A program made the translations under genes and the position numbers. The notes below the pieces were generated by a model. It was not told the DNA's origin. It searched no databases and saw nothing but the letters and a program-made list of their open reading frames with translations. From positions 156,302,001 through 156,366,000 of the forward strand of contig NC_042998.1 of NCBI RefSeq assembly GCF_006345805.1: a stretch of 64,000 nt of DNA. The letters are read 5' to 3'. This stretch comes from Octopus sinensis (lineage: Eukaryota). Position 1 is the stretch's first letter. Each line of letters begins with the position of its first letter. Shown piece by piece: positions 1-12,624 of the stretch.

Positions 1-86
1 ATTATCAATTCTGTTGGTGTCTCGCACCTGTTTCTCTTCTCCTCCATCTCAATCTGTTAACCTTTTTTGGCTCTCTGGAGGAGAGC

Positions 87-908
87 TCACCCGTTCTTTC
101 TCTTCCTCTTGTTCACGAGTGTGAAGGATTCCTCCAATCTATCCTTCTCTGTTACTGGTACTACCTCTTCGGTACTCTTTTCTTCACCTTTTTGCTTCTC
201 CTCTTCGTTTTCCTTCTGAGGGCACCTTACTTTCATGTGCCCTTTTTTGCCGCACAGGAAGCATGTTGGCGGTCTTCCTTCAACTACTACTCGAAGTCTG
301 GTGTCTTCTGGGATTATGATTTCCTCTGTGATGCCATGCAGGTCTTTTAAACTCACTTGTATGGCCATCCCGAGGCCATACCACCACCACCAATTGACCT
401 TTTTGGTCCTCGTTATCATGAGGATTTTCACCTCATCCTCCATACCGTGCATTATGGCTGCCACTAGCCATGCTTCCTTAATTTCGGGGAGCACTCTGCC
501 AATTCTTATCTGGCAACGCGTTTGCCACAGTACGTCGTCAGAAATACCCATTCCGGTGTCCTTATCGGCAGAGTGGAGTGGCTTATGGCATCTTCTTCGT
601 TGCCAAACCTTACTTCCACTGTGCCGTACTTCCTTTCACGTGTATAAAAAGTGGTCAGCCTTTTAACATTTTCAAGGCACTTCTCTATTGCCTCTATCGG
701 GGCAACACCTATCTTGTTCGAGGACGTGGACGATGTCCTGTATACTACCGTTCTATTTGCCACATTATTTTAAAATTCTTCTGGCTCCTTTCTATCCCAG
801 CAATCTGCTTCCTTCCATTTCTTTGGCTCAATTTTTATTTCCCGTACTTGAAGGGTGTTGGCATTTATACCTTGGGTTGTTGCAGATGCGTAACTTTGTC
901 CACGCTCC
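87..908 (-). pseudogene. Tx1/L1-like ORF1 (gag-like, CCHC zinc knuckle), frameshifted
   Basis: ORFs 506-763 and 87-551, plus an upstream MERGQSYASA start at 908. Knuckle CFLCGKKGHMKVRC. Motifs EVRF...RVVVEGRPP are shared with the ORF1s at 17646-18630 and 22369-23162. Confidence 0.75.
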
Positions 909-1040
909 ATCTCTCCTCCTTTCTCCACTTTTCCCAAATTCATATAACATGCAAATTAATATAACATACGAAAACAGCGACAGAAAATCCCAAAATATAA
1001 ATTTAACAAATCGTGGTACACCCACACGGGGAGACCTTCA

Positions 1041-1225
1041 ACAAATATATAATAACAATGTGTAACAATTCGAACTCACGTTTAAGAAACCACTACCAAC
1101 ACCCATCTGCGATTTTTCATCTCTCAATCAAACACACTGTTACTTAAACGAGTTTGGCTAGTCCATTCTCCCAGTGGGTGTCATGATTTTCCCCGTAACA
1201 TCTCCCCTTTTGAGATTTGACTTCT
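1041..1225 (-). mobile_element. Possible Gypsy polypurine tract plus LTR start remnant
   Basis: Minus strand reads AAATCTCAAAAGGGGAGA-TGTTAC at 1218-1195. This resembles the Gypsy end AAATCTCAAAAAAGGGAAAGG at about 17087-17106. Confidence 0.35.
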
Positions 1226-1388
1226 GTAGGACTTAGTAAAAGAGTACCTGATGCAGCATTCTCTGCGCAACTAAGGAAAGGGCGTTTTTAGGAAACCCAT
1301 ATAAAGCAATAATTTAGCAATAACAACACAAAATACAGCAAGGAGTAGTCTTGATTTATCTTTAGGACATATTATTCTAGTTCCCACA

Positions 1389-1770
1389 GGCGCAGAGTAG
1401 CTGTATGGTAAAAAGTTTGTTTCCCAACCACATTGTTTGGGATCAATTCCGCTGTTTTGGGCAAATGTCTTCTATTTTAATCCATGGCCGACCAAAACCT
1501 TATAAATGGATTTGGTAGTCGCAAACCGAAATAAACTTGTCGTGTGTATGTGTGTATGCACTCACGCGCGTCTTTGAGTTTTTGTTTGTCCCCATCCACC
1601 ACTTGACAACCGGTGTTGGTTTGTTTACGTCCCCATAGAATCGCTTGAATAAGTACCAGATTTTTAAAAAAAGAGAAGTACTGGGCTCGATTTGTTCGAC
1701 TAAACAATTGAAGGTAGTGTCAATGTATGACCGCAATCCAATGACTAAAACGTGTAAAAGATAAAAGATA
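1389..1770 (+). mobile_element. tRNA-derived SINE (octopus-type, CORE-like TTGGGCAAAT), degenerate
   Basis: GGCGCAG..GCTGT.TGGTAA head and internal TG repeat. The tail ...GACTAAAACGTGTAAAAGATAAAAGATA resembles the family D LINE 3' end. A second copy lies at 23468-23672. Confidence 0.65.
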
Positions 1771-2809
1771 GGCTGGTATTCTTCTTGCTGTATTTGATCT
1801 GTTAGAATAGTTTGTTGATATTGTGGCAGTGTAATTATTTGTTATGTCCGTAATATTTACTCTTTCCAAACCTATGTGAACTTCATTACCGATGCTATCG
1901 TTATTGCTGCTTGAATAGTTGTTATTTGCTAAAAAGGAAAACATAGCCAATGGATTTCAGGTTTCATCAGTGTCATCTTGAAAATCATATTCAGGATAAA
2001 AGACTTTTTGAGATTGTATCACGTCTTTAAAGGAATTCTGATATGCTTTTTCAGTCGCTAGCGCCTTTTCATCTCAAGTATGAGTTTTTTTCTAATAGGT
2101 AATGTTCTACTTTTTCAAATAATTTTACTCTTTCAAGGATTTACAGTAATACATTTTCTGCGAAATTTACAACAATCCGTTTGTCTTCAATATTAAGTCT
2201 ATGTGAACAGAACAATGACTGCCTGTTCTACATTACGATAGAATTTATTGATGATATAGTTGTGCCTGTTTCGTTCATAAGTAGTGAACCAGTTGTATGA
2301 ACAGTTAGCGGAATTGCTGCAGCTGTCTCCTTCAACGTCTAGATTGCATCAGGCCATTCGGATGATAATGGAAAGCATTGATATTTTTTAATGTGAAATA
2401 ACGATGCTGCAATTTCAGCAAAAGTTTTTTTTTTAAATCCATTTTGAATAATGTACAATCATCCCAATGAAGTACCCAAGTTCTTTGGACATCCAGGCCT
2501 AGGAAGTCCAGTAGTATATGGTATAGGTTTGGCAGTATCTTGCTGTCTGAAATTGTGACCCATGAATCAAGGAATCAATATCCAACAATAGACATACCAT
2601 ACACTCCAAGAAATCATTTTTTAAATTCAGCTTTTATAATCAACGGTAAGGCAGACCAGTACGCATGTTCTTAGGGCACTCATAATTTTGCATAATTGTA
2701 GTCTTAGCAATTACCATATCAAATATTAGACAAATATAGAGTATCCAATACTACAATATATATTTAACAAAGCTCTCTTACGACGTACATGTATGCATCT
2801 TATAGCATA

Positions 2810-3022
2810 TGTGTATACATACATACATGCATACATACGTACGTACATACATACGTACGTACATACATACATAGCTCACTAGCTGGTTAGCTAGCTACCT
2901 ACCTACCTACATACATACATACATACATACATACATACATACATACATACATACATACATACATACATACATACATACATACTACATACATACATGCAAA
3001 CATACATGCATGCAAACATACA
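2810..3022. repeat. (TACA)n microsatellite
   Basis: Directly visible tetranucleotide array. Confidence 0.95.
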
Positions 3023-3659
3023 TCAGACGTCTACAGATGTAGCTGAAGACAGAAAAATTAAATTCACTCATTCTCTCCTTTCTCAATTGCTATACTATTA
3101 ATGTTCTATGAAGAATAAGAAGAGAAAAAGGAAAAACATATTCCATGAACAACCTCTAAACTAACTATTTTTCATATTTGATAAATGTTTCGCAGCGTAA
3201 AATGTATAATTTATTTGTCTCGTGCCATGCCATGCTGGCGATTTCTAATATGAAAGAAATAGCACTATACATGATTACCTATGAGTAGGGAAAAAAAATC
3301 TTTGATCTTCGATTTAAAATTCAAACTTCTAAGCACGCCAAGATTTATCTAGAAGTGATTACGTCCCGCACGATAAATGGCTACTGGGGCCTTTCTATTT
3401 ATTTCTTTATATCAACATTTTTGAAAATTTCTAATTTCCATTTTAATTTTATAATACCATTTTATTCTTATTTCACCAGTATAGTTTAAAGAGCGTTGTG
3501 TTTTTTACTATCTTAGTCTAAATACCTCTGTTATCAACGTGCAGTTATTTGTTTCCCTAAGTATCTCAATATTCTTTGTTAATTCCCATTAGTTCAACGA
3601 TTATGATTGTGTATATGTTTAATACAAACTTATTGCAGACAAGTAACGTACATACATAC

Positions 3660-3702
3660 TCAAACACTTTCACACACACTCGCACACACACACATACACA
3701 CA

Positions 3703-3766
<64 letters not shown>
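3660..3766. repeat. (CA)n/(CT)n microsatellite
   Basis: Directly visible. Confidence 0.95.
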
Positions 3767-3771
<5 letters not shown>

Positions 3772-4199
3772 CAGCTAATGTGTCAGAGTGTGTGTGAGTT
3801 AAAGCAGTAAATTCGATACTTATTATAATTTCGTTCATGTTATGTGACATAGTGTCAGAGGTTTACGAAACAACAGCTATTCGTTTCCTGAGAACATATT
3901 GTGAGACAATATTCATGATTAACAGCAAGAAAGAAAAACTTTCTCACGCGAAAACGAGAATAAACTGAAGGGGACAAAGGAATCTAATGAGATCCAAACT
4001 GTATATATAATTGTAGTTTAGTACAATGGCAACGCCTAGACTAAGTATTGAAATAGGGCAAATCAATTAAGATGTCACCGACTAATTATTTTCACAATTA
4101 ACTCGATATTTAGAAAAAAAAATCAGTCTCTAGTACAGATCATAACAATTTTCTGTTTGTTATTTATTGTATTCTTCTGTGAAATAACACATGCGCGCG

Positions 4200-4280
4200 C
4201 ATACATACATACATACATACATACATACATACATACATACATACATACATACATACATACATACATACATACATAATACA
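4200..4280. repeat. (ATAC)n microsatellite
   Basis: Directly visible. Confidence 0.95.
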
Positions 4281-4419
4281 TACAAAATATATGCACATGC
4301 ATGCATTTCCGTCTGTGAGTAGTAAATCCAGGCAGATATCTAGAAAGCACTCAGCGAACCACATCAAACAATCAGATACGATACATGTATGGTGTAATCA
4401 TCAAAGTGTGGTTTCTTGG

Positions 4420-4975
4420 TACTGAGATGCTTGCAGACAATTTCAAGCATCCGGGTCATTGGTGTTCTTTAGATAAGTGACTAAGCCTAATATCATTTCT
4501 TCTTTTTATCACATGTTTTGTTGAACTTCTGGAGTCTTGCATGCGTAGCAGGTTTGCTACCTGCATTCTACGGTACCATGCTATCTGTTCTTTTCAACTA
4601 CCTAATACTTTCCTTATTATTCTGGCCGTGCCAAGGAGGCAAAACCTTTTGTAACAGTTCTACTGGACACTCTATTCCGATTTCTTTTATATTCCTCTTC
4701 TTCTCTCTTCCCATGTCTTGTCTCTTTCTAGCCCCCACTTTTCGCAGTTTCCAATGTGGCACTTTCACTACTTTATCGTGTCGCCACAACTAGTGGTTTT
4801 GGACAAGTCTAGGGTATTTGTTCGCGATATTGGCAATAGTTTCGTCCACTCTATAACAGATGCGGCACAGCGGAGAAACTTTCTCATTCCTAAGGTTGAC
4901 CCTCCAATTCGTGACCAAAGCTTGGTCTTGTGTTGCCAGTATAGTGATCTCAGTCTCTTTTCTTAGTGTTCCTTT
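4420..4975 (-). mobile_element. R4/Dong-like non-LTR fragment (CCHC region)
   Basis: Manual minus translation gives LATQDQALVTNW...SPLCRICNRVDETIANI...WRHDKVVK..HWKL, matching R4-clade QDQAL/CCHC/RHD motifs. Confidence 0.75.
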
Positions 4976-4979
4976 CTTC

Positions 4980-5770
4980 AGCTAATCCTATCTATGTTTT
5001 CCAGCAATTTCTGAAGTAGCTGCATGGAATTGATTGTGTAGTCTAATGTTGCATAATGCTTCTTCATGTCCTTTTTGTATTTCTTCCTTTGTTTTTCCTT
5101 TTTTCTCTGCTTATTATTTTCATATTCACACAACAGATTAGACTGTTGAAAAAGAAAATATCCTAACATCGGTCTACAAGTAACCTTAGATGCCAAGAAC
5201 CCTCCGAAGTATCCTCGCTGTCCCTAATAACATTGTTTTCTGGGTCTGTACTAAACTGGATTTTATGCCTATTTCCTCTATCCATCTGTTTATATCATTA
5301 GGGATAGTTCCCAAAGCACCCATAACTACTGGGATACATTTTACCCGCACTTTCTGTAGTCTCCGTAATCCAATGGATAGGTCCTGGTACTTTGCTCTCA
5401 TTGACTTTTCCTCATTTGGGACTAAATCAGGCCTTCTAACTTTTATTACTCTGTCAGTCTGAATGTCCCACAACATCTTGAATTTCTTACTTTCTAGTAC
5501 TTTACTAGGTTCATGTTCATACCATTTATTAGTATGTTCAAATTCTAGCTTTCTACATAACGTCCGGTGGATTACTATCCCTAAGTTGTCATGTCTTTTC
5601 TTGTATTCTTTTTTGTGCCAGCACTATATGAGTAACGCTTTCATCTTTTGGTTTGCATAACCTACACTGGAAATCTACTTGGTTTTTGTCTATCTTTGCT
5701 TTTATCCGATTAGTCCTTAATGTTTTGTTGTGGCAAGAGTCATTGACACCCCTGGGGGATTGGAAGAACG
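4980..5770 (-). mobile_element. R4/Dong-like non-LTR 3' fragment with REL endonuclease
   Basis: ORF 5186-5476 reads WDIQTDRVIKVRRPD...KYQDL...IPVVMGALG...GTARILRRVL. ORF 5589-5897 contains LRTNRIKAKID...CRLCKPKDESVTHI. Confidence 0.85.
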
Positions 5771-5970
5771 GACTATCCGAACTCTTATAAAGAGTAGTGG
5801 TCGGTAGTAGTCGGGGAGAACGTTTTGGTAGTCTCACGAAGTACGTCATGTAAACCTCCGCTGCATAATTTATATATACCAACCTGTGGCAGTACATAAA
5901 AGTGGCAAAGAGATATTTAAAGCTTGGCTAGGACGTTTATTTATTTTATTTATTTATTTATTTATTTTGT

Positions 5971-7790
5971 ATGAAACCAAAGAAAAAGTTATTTAACACA
6001 GAAGACTTGTTGGCTCGCGTGGTGCAGTTGCAAGAGCAACAACAGCAGTTACAACAACTACAACAGCAACAACAACTACAACAGCAACAACAACAATACC
6101 AACAGTTACTGGAAGTAATGTTGAAGAAGTCTGAAAATACTTCAGGTTCTCGTCATACAGCGTAGCAAATTCAATTGGAGAACTTATTTATAACCCAGAA
6201 GAAGGAACTACTTTTTCTTCATATTTTAGAAGAAATCTTCAAAGAAGAATGTAAAAATTGGAATGATGAGGAGAAGGTGCGACTACTTTTAAAGAAGTTA
6301 TCCCCTGCCGAACATGAAAAATATTGTAACTATATTCTGCCGAAGAAACCAGATGAGATTTGTTTCGATGAAACAGTTAATTTGTTATCGAGAATTTTCA
6401 GTGAAAGAAGTTCCCTGCTCAATACTCGTTGACAATGTTTACATTTAGTTAAAAAAGATGATGAAGATTTCGTCACCTGTGCTGGGGTCGTTAACAGGGA
6501 GTGTGATAAATTCAAATTCAATTAATTAACCCCGGATTTGTTCAAATGTCTAATTTTTGTTTTAAAGTTAACAACAAGAAAAGATGCTGATACACGTTTC
6601 TTTATATTAACAAAATTAGAACAGTACCAAAACAGTACTCTACAAGCAGTGGCTGAAGAATGCTTGAGGATTATAAATTTAAGGCACGACGCGGATAAAG
6701 TTGAAAAGATTGCTCCCAGATACATGCATGTCGTCCTAAAACGGATAAGAAAAAAGAAAAATGAACGTCAAGGCCAAATCCATGCTATGGTTGCGGATGT
6801 TTACATTTTAAAAGTAATTGTTCTTTTATAAATCGTAAATGTTTTGATTGTGGAAAGATCGGACATAAAAGCTCACATTGTATAGCAAAAGAAAAAAAAA
6901 AGGGTCAAACAAAACAAATTCTAGAAGGAATGTATTGTTAAAGAACTTCTAAGCGAGGCTCAGAAAAGAAAATTTGAGTCCATAAAAATGAATAATGGGA
7001 ATATCAAGTTACAATTGGATACAGACAATGATATCACGATAATTAATACAAATACATGGAGAAAAATAGGGAAACTTAGATTAAAGGAAACTTCGAAAAT
7101 TGCGTGAGGTGTTTCAGAAAAAAAAATTGCATCTTGTAGGGGAAATGATAAGTGATGTTACATTTCGTGGAAAAACTTTGATAGCCAAAGTTGTGTTGCA
7201 AAATACAATAAATTTATTTGGAACAGACTGGATGGAACTATTTAACTTATGGGACTTACCCATGAATATATTTTTTGTAAGAATGTAAATGATTCTTCTG
7301 CCGGTACAAATAAGGCGTCGGAGAATTCTTTTTTTTTAAATTTAAATATATTTTTCTTGTAGTTTTTTCTGAGAAATTGGGTCTTTGCACCAAAACAGGG
7401 GCGAAGTTTCAAGTGAAAGAAAACGCCACACCGGTATTTAAACCAAAAAGAACGGTACCTTTCGCAGCATTGACACAAGTCAACGAAGAATTGGATAAAC
7501 TTGAAAAACTTGGCGTTATTGAAAAAATTGATTCACAAATTGATGTCAAGAGAAAAAATGATAAAATCCGAGTATGCGCTGATTTCTCAAGGGTATTAAA
7601 GTTGAATGGAGGAAAATCTTTTTCTAAGTTGGACCTCTCTGAAGCATAAAAGGTAAAAGTCGATGAGGAATGTTCAAAATTATTGACAATAAATACCCAT
7701 AAAGGGTTGTGTAAATTCAATAGACTTCTCTTTGGTAGCACCTGGCATTTTCCAACAAATTATGGATATTATGCTCGCAGGTTTATCCTC
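5971..7790 (+). mobile_element. Gypsy LTR retrotransposon gag-protease-RT fragment (degenerate)
   Basis: gag LLKKLSPAEHEKYCNYILPKKP; decayed protease LDTDNDITII at about 7015; RT FKPKRTVPFA..NEELDKLEKLGVI, IRVCADFS, FSKLDLSEA, INTHKGL..FNRL.FG. Confidence 0.85.
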
Positions 7791-8165
7791 CATTCATATA
7801 GAATTCCTTCCTAGTTCTTCTGTCTAGCTGTGTTAATTCAGTCTTTGTCCAATCTTCAAAAGCTGCTGAAATCTCAGTAATGATACTGCCCAAGTATTTA
7901 CAGCCTTCACTAGATTCGAACCATTTAGCCTTGACTTCATTAGCTTCCTCACCCTTCTGATGTACTCCTTCTCAATTTTTGTTTCCATTTCTATAGTTAG
8001 TACACTGTCAGATTCTCCTCCTTTCAATGATTTTAATTTCTGGTCACCTGGTAATTGGACGCCTTCGCTTTTGACTATCTGCTCTTCTCATGACTAATAT
8101 CGCACACTTATTTATGCCAAATTCTATGCTTATATCTTTGCTGAAGATACTTACAGTTAGTAATC
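7791..8165 (-). mobile_element. R4/Dong-like RT, downstream part (split by mariner)
   Basis: TVSIFSKDISIEFGINKCAIL; KEYIRRVRKLMKSRLNGSNLVKAVNTWAVSLLR. Confidence 0.8.
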
Positions 8166-8167
8166 TA

Positions 8168-9440
8168 CGAGGGGCGTTCAATAAGTAATGCCCCTGACCC
8201 ACTTTCCATAGCAGTAGAGCAACGACACTTGGCACAGTTATTAGTCTTTTCCTACATAGGAACTACCCAGAGTTATGCATTTCTCTCATCGTTTGATACA
8301 GCTCTGGAGACCGTTTTTGTAGAAGACCCCCAGCTTGGTCCTCCAACCACGACGTGACTTCAGAAATCAAGGCTGCATCATCTGGGAAACGCTTTCCTTT
8401 CAAAATCAACTTCATGGCTGGGAAGAGGTGAAAATCAGAGGGTGCAAGGGGAGGAGTTCATAGCTGCACGCCTGTGCTTCTGATCTGGCGACACGCGAGT
8501 TGTGGACCGGAGCGTTGTCCTGCAGGAGGAGGATGCCTTTGCTGATCTTGCCCCGCCTCTTGATTTTGATAGCTTCTCTTAATTTCCTCAAAAGTGAAGC
8601 ATAATAGGCTCCTGTAATTGTGGTACCCTTTGCCAGGAAATCTGTCATCACTACTCCGTCCTGGTCCCAGAAGACTGTGAGCATAACCTTGTCAGCGGAG
8701 GGCTGCACCCTTGCCTTCTTTGGAGGAGGTGAGTCACGGTGCTTTCACTGCATTGACTGGGCTTTGGCTATGGATCATAGTGATGGACCCAGGTTTTATC
8801 CTGTGTGATCAGTCTTTTGAAAAATTTTGACTCATCTTCTTGGCACATCTCCAAATTCATCCTCGAGCACTCAACGCGTTCTTGCTTCTGGAAAGGTGTG
8901 AGCAACCTGGAAATCCATCTGGCAGACACCTTTTGCATATGCAAATGGTCATGAATGATAGTTTCCACAGACCCGGTACTAATCTTGACCTTATGGGCTA
9001 TTTGGCGAATAGTTATGCGTTGACCTTCCAAAATGGCAGCCTCAACTTGACGGACAGACGTCTCATCAACGGCAGAAGGGGGCGACCAGATCTGGGAGCT
9101 GTTTCCACAGAGTTCCGACTATGTTTGAATTCACAATGCCAGCGTTGTTTTACAAGGTCATATGATGGGGCATCATCACCATAAGTTACTTTCATTTCAT
9201 CAAAAGTCTCCCGTGATGTGCGTCCTTTCAAATACAAAAACCAGATCACTGCTCGACACTCAACAAGCTCCATTTCACACTTGACTCAGTTCAAACACCT
9301 GTAAATCAGATACCACAATTAGTTCAGAGCTGTAATTCGCCACTTAATCTATAGAGGTATAAATAAGTGCACATGCAAAATTTCAGCTAGATCAAACAAC
9401 TGCAAGTGGGTCAGGGGCATTACTTATTGAACGCCCCTCG
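8168..9440 (-). mobile_element. Mariner DNA transposon, full length (1273 bp), frameshifted transposase
   Basis: Perfect 37-bp TIRs (8168-8204 and 9404-9440), with TA duplicated at 8166-67 and 9441-42. ORFs 9013-9273, 8768-9031 and 8412-8708 carry RSGRP, WISRLLT, ITQDKTWVHHYD and LLQDNAPVH. Confidence 0.95.
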
Positions 9441-9442
9441 TA

Positions 9443-9702
9443 TCTCTTTTTCATTCTTTGTAAAACGCTTCAGATCATCCGTGTAGAGCAAATAGTTAAT
9501 TTTTCCCTTACTGTTTCTGAACTGATACCCTGCCTTTGTCTTCCTTAATACTAAAGTGAGGGCGATAAAACATAAGACAAATATTAAAGGGGACAACGAA
9601 ACCCCTTGGAAAATGCCTCTTTTGATATTAACTTTCCCTAAGAGTGTGTCACCTGAGTAGAGATCTACTTTCTGTCTGCTATACTGAATATACTCAAACA
9701 TT
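9443..9702 (-). mobile_element. R4/Dong-like RT, upstream part
   Basis: ORF 9420-9701: IKRGIFQGVSLSPLIFVL...INYLLYTDDLKRF (RT motifs 4-5). Confidence 0.85.
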
Positions 9703-9707
9703 CTCTT

Positions 9708-9787
<80 letters not shown>
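9703..9787. repeat. (TTC)n(ATT)n microsatellite between two Dong-like copies
   Basis: Directly visible. Confidence 0.95.
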
Positions 9788-9789
<2 letters not shown>

Positions 9790-9790
<1 letters not shown>

Positions 9791-11075
9791 GCTAGTACAT
9801 ACTAATCTAATACCTATTTTATCTTGATGTTTGGTGATAATAATTTTCCTCAAATCTCAAGACCCGTCCTTAGGGATTTTGCAGAACATAGGATAGTACT
9901 TCTCTGCAGCTCGACAATGCGAGTTTCAATTCCAGTCTCTTTCAGTCTTTTAGGTAGCAAGTGCTGGAATAATTGTTATCTTGGTATTACACAGTCTCCT
10001 CACCTCTCTAGCTAGATCTTGATATTTCTCAATTTTTTTTTTTTTTCGATTTCTTTGGTGTCGACTTTGCTATCATAGAGAATTGCAAAATCTATGATCT
10101 TACAATCTTTGTTTATTTTGTCCTCTATAATCATATATGGTCTTTTTGCTTCAATATGTTGGTCAGTCTTTATGTGGAAATCCGACAAAATCTTGTAATT
10201 CTCACTTTCTATCACAGCCTCTGGTCCGGGTTCAAACAACTTTGCTGTTTTGAAGCCACACAGTCCGTTAACATCCGAGTGCAGGACGTCACAAAACGTA
10301 ACAATATGAAATACGAAGACAAACTTATGCGAACAACGAGAGAAAGAATATGATTTATTGTTTCTTGTCAATCTCCACATATTCTGCAGTTATTTGTATT
10401 TCTTTTCATTACACGTTTTTGGTAATTTCTGGTGGGGTCTTATGCTGCAATTAAAAATCATCTAGTCTCTGCTTTGAGTCCTGAGCTTCTCAGCCATTGT
10501 TGGGATTTTGCTGTCTCTTTTCTGTTTAGTTTAACCTAATATTTGCCATAAAGGAGCTTTTCTTGCAATCGGTTTATCATGATCCGTTGCTGTTCCAGTT
10601 TTGGTTTGGATTTCAGTTGTTTTACAGCGTTTGTTGTTTGTTCTTTTTCTTCGTAGTTGTTAGGCACTATGACTTCTTTTTTGTATTTGTCAATTTCCTT
10701 AAAACTGAAAACAGCATTTTGCTTTGTTCGTGTTTGTGGCTATTTGTATTAGTTTTCCTTGCTTCTGAAGTAGGTATTTCTATAGTCCTTTGGTGATTGT
10801 TTTGTAATAGTTTTCTAACTGAACCTCTATCACTTTCCATACGTTGTATATATAACCTTTCTATGTCAGATTTTGGGTGGTGCATCCTAAATCCTGTCAT
10901 TATTTTTCTAGTTTTCCTGTCTATGTTGGTTAGTTCATTTACAGCCCAGTTAAGAATATTGTAGCTGTAACTTATAACTGGGATGACAAGAGTGTTGATA
11001 CCTATTATCTTGTTTTTTGCATTGAGCTCTGTTTTCAGTATTAATCTAACTCGTCAATAGTATTCTTTTTCTTAT
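9790..11075 (-). mobile_element. R4/Dong-like element, 5'-truncated, ending in (TAA)n
   Basis: LNAKNKIIGINTLVIPVISYS, MHHPKSDIERLY, CRICGD.QETINHI, and REL motif SDFHIKTDQHIEAKRPY..IIDFA. The 3' end runs into TAATAATAA. Confidence 0.85.
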
Positions 11076-11126
11076 CTTATCTTTCATTTGTGTGTGTTGC
11101 ATCATATCTAGTTCGTTATTATTATT

Positions 11127-11349
11127 AAGGCGGCAAGCTAGCACGCCGGGTGAAATGCTTGGCGGCATTTCATCTGTTTTCTCGTTCTGAGTTCAAATTC
11201 CGACGAGGTCGACTTGCCATTCATCTTTTCGGGGTCGATGAAATAAGTACCGCTGAAACAATGGGGTCGATGTAATCGACTCAACTCCTTCCCTAAAATG
11301 GCTGCCCTTGTGGCAAAATTTGAAACCATTATTATTATTATTATTATTA

Positions 11350-11424
<75 letters not shown>

Positions 11425-11425
11425 G
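11127..11425 (+). mobile_element. tRNA-related SINE with (ATT)n tail
   Basis: GGCGGCAAGCT...GAGTTCAAATTCC (B-box-like)...GGGGTCGATGTAATCGACT...AAATTTGAAACC then (ATT)n. Further copies at 12008, 12205, 12455 and 62599. Confidence 0.75.
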
Positions 11426-11995
11426 AGTGAGAGAACAGCGCATGCCATCAAAGTGACACTGGGGTACAACTATACGAAGTCCATTGTATCCACTATGATT
11501 ACCTATCTGATAAAGTACATCAGGCACATGCATCACGACCATATGTGCGCAACATGGTGATCTTATATCAAAATAAACAGTGCATGATCTTGCAGGCGGG
11601 ACCCAATTAGAATTTTCTTCAGGTCGAGTAGCCCATCTCACTCAAAAGGTCCCTGAATAAGGGTTGTTTAAGGATGTTCAACGAAACACTCAGGTTTCCA
11701 GGGGTGAACTATTCAAACTCCAAGGAATTACTCTCAGCACATTGACTATGGTGCTCCCCCACTACTTCTGCTCGTGAACAGAGATGCACATATTATCAGC
11801 CATTAAGGGACATGTTCAACTGGTTAAGGTCAAACAACTGACAAACAAAATTGAGCAGAAAATTTGCTGTAACCCTCTTTTATACAGAGAAAAAACATGT
11901 ACATGATAACACTTCCAATCAGTTAAGATCAGAAGTCATAGGGTCAGTACCTGATATTGCATCAGGACATAGCCATGAAAGCCGGTGCCTGGTAT
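11424..11995 (-). mobile_element. Anonymous non-coding interspersed-type element abutting (TAA)n
   Basis: No credible ORF. On the minus strand it ends ...CACTCAATAATAAT. The strand and element status are inferred. Confidence 0.35.
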
Positions 11996-12007
11996 TGCAT
12001 CTATTAT

Positions 12008-12330
12008 TAAAAGTGGCAAGCTGCTAGAATTGCTTGCATGCCGGACAAAATGCTTAAAAGCATTTCTTCCATCCTTTTATGGTTTGAGTTCAAATTCTGT
12101 AGAAGCCGACTCTGCCTTTAATCCTTTCGGGGTCAATGAAATAAAGTACTGAGATTGGCGTAATCGACTATCTCCCTCCTATAAAATTTCAGGCCAAGAG
12201 CCTATAGTAGAGTTTGACTTTGCCTTTCATCCTTTCGAGTTCGATAAATTAGGCACCAGTCAAGTACTGGGCTCGATGTAATCGACTAGTCTCCCAAATT
12301 TCAGGCCTTGTGCCTGTAGCAGGAAGGATT
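12008..12330 (+). mobile_element. Two degenerate SINE copies (family of 11127)
   Basis: Repeated GAGTTCAAATT, TTTGCCTTTCATCCTTTCG and GTAATCGACT motifs. Confidence 0.7.
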
Positions 12331-12454
12331 AACATCATCATCATCATCACATAAAGTACTCTCATATAAAGAAATATTCATTTTTCCAATGCATTTGATA
12401 GATTCAATTACTTAACCAACAGTATTGATTTCTATTTTAACACTAGGTATGTAT

Positions 12455-12605
12455 CATTTTCTACTCTAGGCACAAGGCACGAAATTTGGGAGGAGGGGGC
12501 CAGTCGATTAGATCGATCCCAGCACGCAACAGATATTTAATTTATCGACTCCGAAAGGATGAAAGGCAAAGTCGACCTCGGCGAAATTTGAACTCAGAAT
12601 GTAGA
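12455..12605 (-). mobile_element. SINE fragment (family of 11127), reverse orientation
   Basis: AAAGGATGAAAGGCAAAGTCGACCTCGGCGAAATTTGAACTCAGAA is the reverse complement of the SINE body. Confidence 0.75.
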
Positions 12606-12624
12606 GACGTGTGCTATATATCGA

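Noticed and set aside
1477-1950. Minus-strand ORFs first read as a Gypsy integrase C-terminus
   Set aside because: Most of the region is a plus-strand SINE (1389-1770); the peptide resemblance is coincidental.
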